Assembly: GCA_032249055.1 (NCBI GenBank)
Contig: JAVVGP010000001.1
Span: 167 to 32,166, forward strand
DNA from: Thermoproteota archaeon
GTDB lineage: Archaea > Thermoproteota > Thermoprotei > Gearchaeales > Gearchaeaceae
DNA length: 32,000 nt
Direction of reading: 5' to 3'
A program made the translations under genes and the position numbers. A model generated the notes under the pieces. That model was not told where the DNA came from. It searched no databases and was given only the letters and a program-made list of their open reading frames with translations. Shown one piece after another: positions 27,943 through 32,000 of the stretch. Numbering within the stretch: the first letter of the stretch is position 1; every line of letters starts with the position of its first letter.

Positions 27943-28548
27943 ATGGTTTCATTAGAAAGTTGGGAACCTACAACTACATTAGGAAAATTAGTAAAAGAAG
28001 GTAAAATAACTTCTATAGATGAGATCTTTGAAAATAATTTAAGAATTCAAGAACCAGCTATTGTGGATATTTTAATTCCTAATCTACAAGTACAAGTGCT
28101 TTTTACAAGGGCTGTGCAAAAACAAACAGCAGCAGGTGAGGTTACAAGATTTGAAAGTCTTGTTGTAGTAGGAGATAAAAATGGTCATGTTGGTATAGGG
28201 TTAGGAAAAGCAAAACAAACAAGGAATGCTATAGAAAAAGCTACTAATAATGCAAAATTAAATATAATACCTGTGATAAGGGGTTGCGGAAGTTGGGAAT
28301 GTTCATGTAATAGACCTCATAGTGTTCCTTTTAAAGTTAAAGGAAAATACGGAAGTGTAAGAATAACTCTGTTTCCTGCTCCATATGGCTTAGGTTTAGT
28401 AGCAGGTGAATATATAAAACCTATATTTACATTGGCTGGAATAAGTGATGTATGGACATGGACAAAAGGAAATACAAGTAATCATATAAATTTTGCCTTT
28501 GCTGTTTATGATGCTTTTAAAAATCTTTATAAATTAAACGTCTTTTAA
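27943..28548 (+). CDS. rps5: 30S ribosomal protein S5 (uS5)
   Basis: W.P.T.LG.LV..G.I, VVVGD.NG.VG.G.GKA and the G.GLVAG motif. I prefer the ATG at 27943 (GAGAGG upstream) over the TTG at 27934. Confidence 0.92.
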   Translation: MVSLESWEPTTTLGKLVKEGKITSIDEIFENNLRIQEPAIVDILIPNLQVQVLFTRAVQKQTAAGEVTRFESLVVVGDKNGHVGIGLGKAKQTRNAIEKATNNAKLNIIPVIRGCGSWECSCNRPHSVPFKVKGKYGSVRITLFPAPYGLGLVAGEYIKPIFTLAGISDVWTWTKGNTSNHINFAFAVYDAFKNLYKLNVF

Positions 28549-29010
28549 ATGCCAGAATTATTAGCTGTAATTAGAATAAGAAGCTTAATAGATAGAAATC
28601 CGAAGGTTAGATTTGTTGCTCGTCTTTTGAGATTAACAAGAGTAAATATATGTACCTTATATCCAAAAACTCCTTCTATACTTGGAATGTTAAAAGTTGT
28701 TTCTGAAGTTACAACTTATGGAGAAATAAATAAAGATGTACTTATAGAACTTTTAAAGAAGAGAGGGAGAATTAAAGGAAACAAAAGACTAACTGAAGAA
28801 ATTCTTAAAAAGTATAACTTTTCCAGTTTCGAAGAATTGGCTGAATATATTTTAAAAACTGGAAAAATTCCTAACTTTATTAAGCCAGTATTTAGGCTTT
28901 CTCCTCCGAAAAAAGGCTTTAAACATTCTACAAAAAAGTTTTTTTCTCAAGGAGGAGAATTAGGATATAGAGGAGAAAAAATTAATGAGTTAATTCTACG
29001 TATGATTTAA
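28549..29010 (+). CDS. rpl30: 50S ribosomal protein L30 (uL30)
   Basis: 153 aa. LAVIRIRS......V...L..LRL.R.N pattern and position. Confidence 0.9.
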   Translation: MPELLAVIRIRSLIDRNPKVRFVARLLRLTRVNICTLYPKTPSILGMLKVVSEVTTYGEINKDVLIELLKKRGRIKGNKRLTEEILKKYNFSSFEELAEYILKTGKIPNFIKPVFRLSPPKKGFKHSTKKFFSQGGELGYRGEKINELILRMI

Positions 29011-29027
29011 GAATAACTTTTTATTTC

Positions 29028-29035
29028 TTTATTTA
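29028..29035 (+). promoter_or_regulatory. Candidate internal TATA box placing the L15 mRNA start at its ATG
   Basis: TTTATTTA centred about 29 nt upstream of the ATG at 29061, in the 50-nt L30-L15 gap. Confidence 0.3.
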
Positions 29036-29060
29036 TGTATTTATTTTATATCATGCTTAT

Positions 29061-29516
29061 ATGGTAACAAGAAAAGAAAAAAAGTCAAGAAAGCTTCGGG
29101 GTTATCGAACGCATGGTTATGGTAGAGTCGGTCAGCATAGAAAAAGTGGCTCTAAAGGCGGTGTTGGAAATGCAGGAAGGAAAAGTGGCAAACATAAGTG
29201 GAGTTGGGTATTAAGATATGAGCCTGATTATTTTGGTAAGCATGGATTTGTAAGACCAAATAGAAAATATTATAAGGCAATAAATCTAGATCAAATTTCA
29301 AATATCGCTTTTTCTTTAATTGAAAAAGGAATTTTAAAACCTAATGAAAATGGTTACTATGAAATAGATTTAACCGAATGGGGGTTTGATAAAGTTTTAA
29401 GCAACGGTTCATTAAATAACAAGTTCATTATAAAAGCAAAATTCTTTAGTGAAAAAGCTTTAGAAAAAATAAAATCATTAGGAAGCATACCAGTTGTGAA
29501 AAATGCCGGCTCTTGA
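29061..29516 (+). CDS. rpl15: 50S ribosomal protein L15 (uL15)
   Basis: 151 aa. K.RKLRG.RTHGYG..GQHRK.G.KGG.G.AG motif. Confidence 0.94.
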   Translation: MVTRKEKKSRKLRGYRTHGYGRVGQHRKSGSKGGVGNAGRKSGKHKWSWVLRYEPDYFGKHGFVRPNRKYYKAINLDQISNIAFSLIEKGILKPNENGYYEIDLTEWGFDKVLSNGSLNNKFIIKAKFFSEKALEKIKSLGSIPVVKNAGS

Positions 29517-30924
29517 ATCCTTAAGACCTATATTATCTATATTACCTGAAGTTCCCAAAGCAAAAAGAATAGTAAGTTTTAGAGAAAAATTAGTTTGGAC
29601 TGTAATTATTTTAACAATTTATTTAGCTTTTACACAAATACCCTTATATCCTATTGCAAAGGAACAACAAGAAGCATTTTCACCTTTATTTTCGATAATT
29701 TTTGCTGCAAGATTTGGTACATTAGCACAATTAGGTGTAGGACCAATTGTTACTGCAGGTTTAATAATGCAATTACTTGTGGGTTCAAAGATACTTAATT
29801 TGGATCTTACTGATAGAAGGCAAAGAGCTTTATTTACAGGAACCCAAAAATTACTTGCAATATTGTTTACTTTATTGGAAGCAATTGTTTTTGTAGCAGG
29901 TGGATTATTAAAAGTTCCAAGCATGTCTGCAGCAGTTTTAGTCGTTATTCAATTGTTTGCTGTAGGTATATTAATAATCTTATTTGATGAGATATTACAA
30001 AAAGGCTGGGGTTTTGGTAGTGCAGTAAGCCTATTCATATTGGCAGGTGTAGCCTCACAAATTTTTACTGAATTATTTAGTCCTGTAATTATTAATGGAA
30101 GCTATGTTGGCTTCTTTCCCCGTTTGATTCATGTTACTGCTGGAGGTGATACTGTCACTCACTTAATATTTGGCAATCCTAACATAGCAAGATCTTCTTC
30201 ACTTATAGGTTTTGTTGCCATGATTATAGTTTTATTTTTGATAGTTTATCTTCAAGGAGTAAAAATAGAAATTCCTGTAGCTTATCCTAAGTACGGAGGA
30301 TTAAAAGCTAAAATACCATTACAGTTAATATATGTTTCAAACGTTCCTGTAATATTAGCTGGAGCTTTAACTGCTAACTTGCTTTTCTTTTCTCAAATGA
30401 CTTGGAATAATTATAATAGATCAAATACTGATCCTATTTTAAATATGATAGCTCAATTTAATGTTGTAGAAAATCAAGCGGTACCTACTGGTGGTTTAAT
30501 TTATTATTTATCTCCACCAAGAAACATGTATAACGTAATGAATGATCCGCTTCATGCAATAATATATATTTTAATTTTTTCAGGACTTTGTGTTCTTTTT
30601 GCAAAAGCATGGGTAGAAACATCTGGAATGAGTGCAGAAGAACAAGCTAAAAGAATGATCAAATCAGGTATACAAGTAAAAGGATTTAGACATAGTGAAA
30701 TTGTTTTAAAGCAACTTCTTAACAGATATATACCTACATTAACGTGGTTTAGTGGTTTAATTATAGGGCTTCTTGCGGCTGTTTCTGATACTGTAGGAAT
30801 AATTGGAACTGGAATAGGTATTTTATTAGCTGTTGGTATTATTTATCAATATTACAGGATTTTGTTGCAACAAAAAATTGAAGAGGAATTTCCATCACTT
30901 GCAAGATTTTTGAAAGGAGAATGA
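29503..30924 (+). CDS. secY: Preprotein translocase subunit SecY
   Basis: 473 aa, about 10 hydrophobic segments. FGTLAQLGVGPIVTAGLIMQLL and GFGSAVSLFI motifs. 14-nt overlap with L15. Confidence 0.96.
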   Translation: MPALESLRPILSILPEVPKAKRIVSFREKLVWTVIILTIYLAFTQIPLYPIAKEQQEAFSPLFSIIFAARFGTLAQLGVGPIVTAGLIMQLLVGSKILNLDLTDRRQRALFTGTQKLLAILFTLLEAIVFVAGGLLKVPSMSAAVLVVIQLFAVGILIILFDEILQKGWGFGSAVSLFILAGVASQIFTELFSPVIINGSYVGFFPRLIHVTAGGDTVTHLIFGNPNIARSSSLIGFVAMIIVLFLIVYLQGVKIEIPVAYPKYGGLKAKIPLQLIYVSNVPVILAGALTANLLFFSQMTWNNYNRSNTDPILNMIAQFNVVENQAVPTGGLIYYLSPPRNMYNVMNDPLHAIIYILIFSGLCVLFAKAWVETSGMSAEEQAKRMIKSGIQVKGFRHSEIVLKQLLNRYIPTLTWFSGLIIGLLAAVSDTVGIIGTGIGILLAVGIIYQYYRILLQQKIEEEFPSLARFLKGE

Positions 30925-31379
30925 TAATAACAGATTCGCCACTCGTTGCTACTTTTTTAATTTTTTTATTTGCTATACCTCCACCTTTAATTTCAGCTTT
31001 AGTTAGTAGAATAATTATAAGCAAATTTTTCGGTTTAGAAAGATATAGAAGAATAATGAAGGAAATAAGAGAATTTGATTCAGAATTTTTTAAAGCAGTG
31101 AGAAGTAAAGATACTCAGAAATTAAATAAGCTACAAGCAAAGAAACCTTATATTGATAAAATGAGATGGCAAACAACTAAAATAAGTTTTTTAAACACAA
31201 TGATTCTTTTTATACCTTACCTTATGTTTTTTATTTGGTTAAGCCAAATTTTTAGCTTAATACAAGGTATTGCTTTCTTTCCCTTAATTTCTCAGGAAAT
31301 AGGTTTTCTTTGGTGGTATCTTATCTGTATTTTCTTTATAAGTTTATTAGTAAATAGAGCAGTAGGCATATATTATTAG
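30921..31379 (+). CDS. DUF106-family membrane protein (archaeal Oxa1/YidC-superfamily, EMC3/TMCO1-like)
   Basis: 152 aa. TM1, then a basic/coiled region (MKEIREF...A.RSKD..KL.KLQ...), then two further hydrophobic segments, at the canonical post-secY neighbourhood. ATGA overlap with secY. Confidence 0.7.
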   Translation: MIITDSPLVATFLIFLFAIPPPLISALVSRIIISKFFGLERYRRIMKEIREFDSEFFKAVRSKDTQKLNKLQAKKPYIDKMRWQTTKISFLNTMILFIPYLMFFIWLSQIFSLIQGIAFFPLISQEIGFLWWYLICIFFISLLVNRAVGIYY

Positions 31380-31407
31380 CCATATTAAATATAAATAATA
31401 CAGTAAT

Positions 31408-31668
31408 ATGCCAAGACCTTCATTAAGAAGGAAAAAATATCGTATTGTAAAAACACCTGGAGGAAGGCATGTTATTCACTATTTAAAAGAAAAAAGAAAT
31501 AAGGATAAATGCGCAATTTGTAAATCCGAATTGCATGGAACAAATCATGGTTACGAAAGCTTGCCCAAATCCTCAAGAAGACCTAAAAGGATGTTTGGCG
31601 GATATTTATGTCCTAATTGTTTGAAAAAGGTTCTTGAAAATAAAGTAATTAGTACTTTTTTAACTTGA
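31408..31668 (+). CDS. rpl34e: 50S ribosomal protein L34e (eL34)
   Basis: 86 aa. R..KY..VKTPGGR and C..C...L.G...CP.C zinc-ribbon pattern. Confidence 0.92.
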   Translation: MPRPSLRRKKYRIVKTPGGRHVIHYLKEKRNKDKCAICKSELHGTNHGYESLPKSSRRPKRMFGGYLCPNCLKKVLENKVISTFLT

Positions 31669-32000
31669 ATATAGTAATAGCTATAAGCGGTCCTCCTGCA
31701 TCGGGCAAATCAACATATGCTAAAATTATTTCTCAAGAATTAGGGTTAAGATTATTTTCAACAGGTGCAGCGTTCAGAGAAATAGCTAAAAAATTGAATG
31801 TAAATTTAGAAGAATTTCATGCTTTGGCTGAGAAAAATTATGAGTATGATATCATGGTAGATAAAATGGCTTTGGAGGAAGCTAAAAAAGGCAATATTGT
31901 AATTGAAGGACATTTAGCTTGTTGGTTCTTAAAGGATATAGCAGATCTAAAAATCTATGTAACTGCACCTTTGAATGAAAGAATTAAAAGGTTAATGGAA
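31665..32000 (+). CDS. cmk: Cytidylate kinase, archaeal type (5' part; runs off the right edge)
   Basis: My own translation from TTG at 31665: (M)NIVIAISGPPASGKSTYAKIISQELGLRLFSTGAAFREIA... P-loop present. Canonical position after L34e. The TTG start overlaps the L34e TGA. Confidence 0.8.
   Translation, partial: MNIVIAISGPPASGKSTYAKIISQELGLRLFSTGAAFREIAKKLNVNLEEFHALAEKNYEYDIMVDKMALEEAKKGNIVIEGHLACWFLKDIADLKIYVTAPLNERIKRLME

Noticed and set aside
1-32000. CRISPR arrays, transposases or IS elements, integrases, prophage genes, toxin-antitoxin pairs or defence systems.
   Set aside because: No direct-repeat/spacer periodicity, terminal inverted repeats or unassigned multi-gene block was found. 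Every ORF of 85 aa or more that does not overlap a conserved gene has a confident or plausible housekeeping assignment.

Overview
The window is an AT-rich archaeal core information-processing locus (roughly 30% G+C by eye) and is almost entirely coding.

**Left ~5.5 kb (housekeeping genes)**
- Two proteasome beta paralogs.
- A long FKBP-type PPIase.
- A CYTH protein.
- A DUF62 SAM hydroxide adenosyltransferase translationally coupled to RtcA.
- A Trm5-like methyltransferase.
- tRNA-Lys(UUU).

**Transcription and translation block**
- rpoH, unsplit rpoB, rpoA', rpoA'', L30e, NusA, S12 and S7, followed by EF-1alpha and S10. No EF-2 gene is present.
- tRNA-Ser(UGA), speH (SAM decarboxylase) and a DUF171/SPOUT protein.

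**Ribosomal protein cluster**
- The complete L3-to-L15 cluster, including Rpp29, S4e, L32e and L19e.
- A 53-aa S14 gene that is missing from the ORF track.
- secY, a DUF106/Oxa1-superfamily membrane protein, L34e and the start of archaeal cmk.

**Lineage.** Gene content and order point to a TACK/Thermoproteota-like thermophile, but I cannot name the organism.

**Novelty.** I found no mobile elements, CRISPR arrays, defence islands or multi-gene accessory system, and I do not claim a novel system. The observations most worth a second look are small-scale:
- The tRNA-Ser gene carries a 13-nt insertion between U8 and A9. It folds into a relaxed bulge-helix motif, so it is a candidate non-canonical intron. 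A duplicated copy of the 5' acceptor heptamer lies just upstream.
- The 3' end of tRNA-Lys lies only 5 nt before the start codon of the Trm5-like gene.
- One of the two proteasome beta paralogs has Ala in place of the Thr1 nucleophile.
- A 37-nt polypurine tract and a 29-codon sORF sit upstream of the SPOUT gene.
- TATA-like boxes recur at leaderless distance in the few real gaps of the ribosomal protein cluster.
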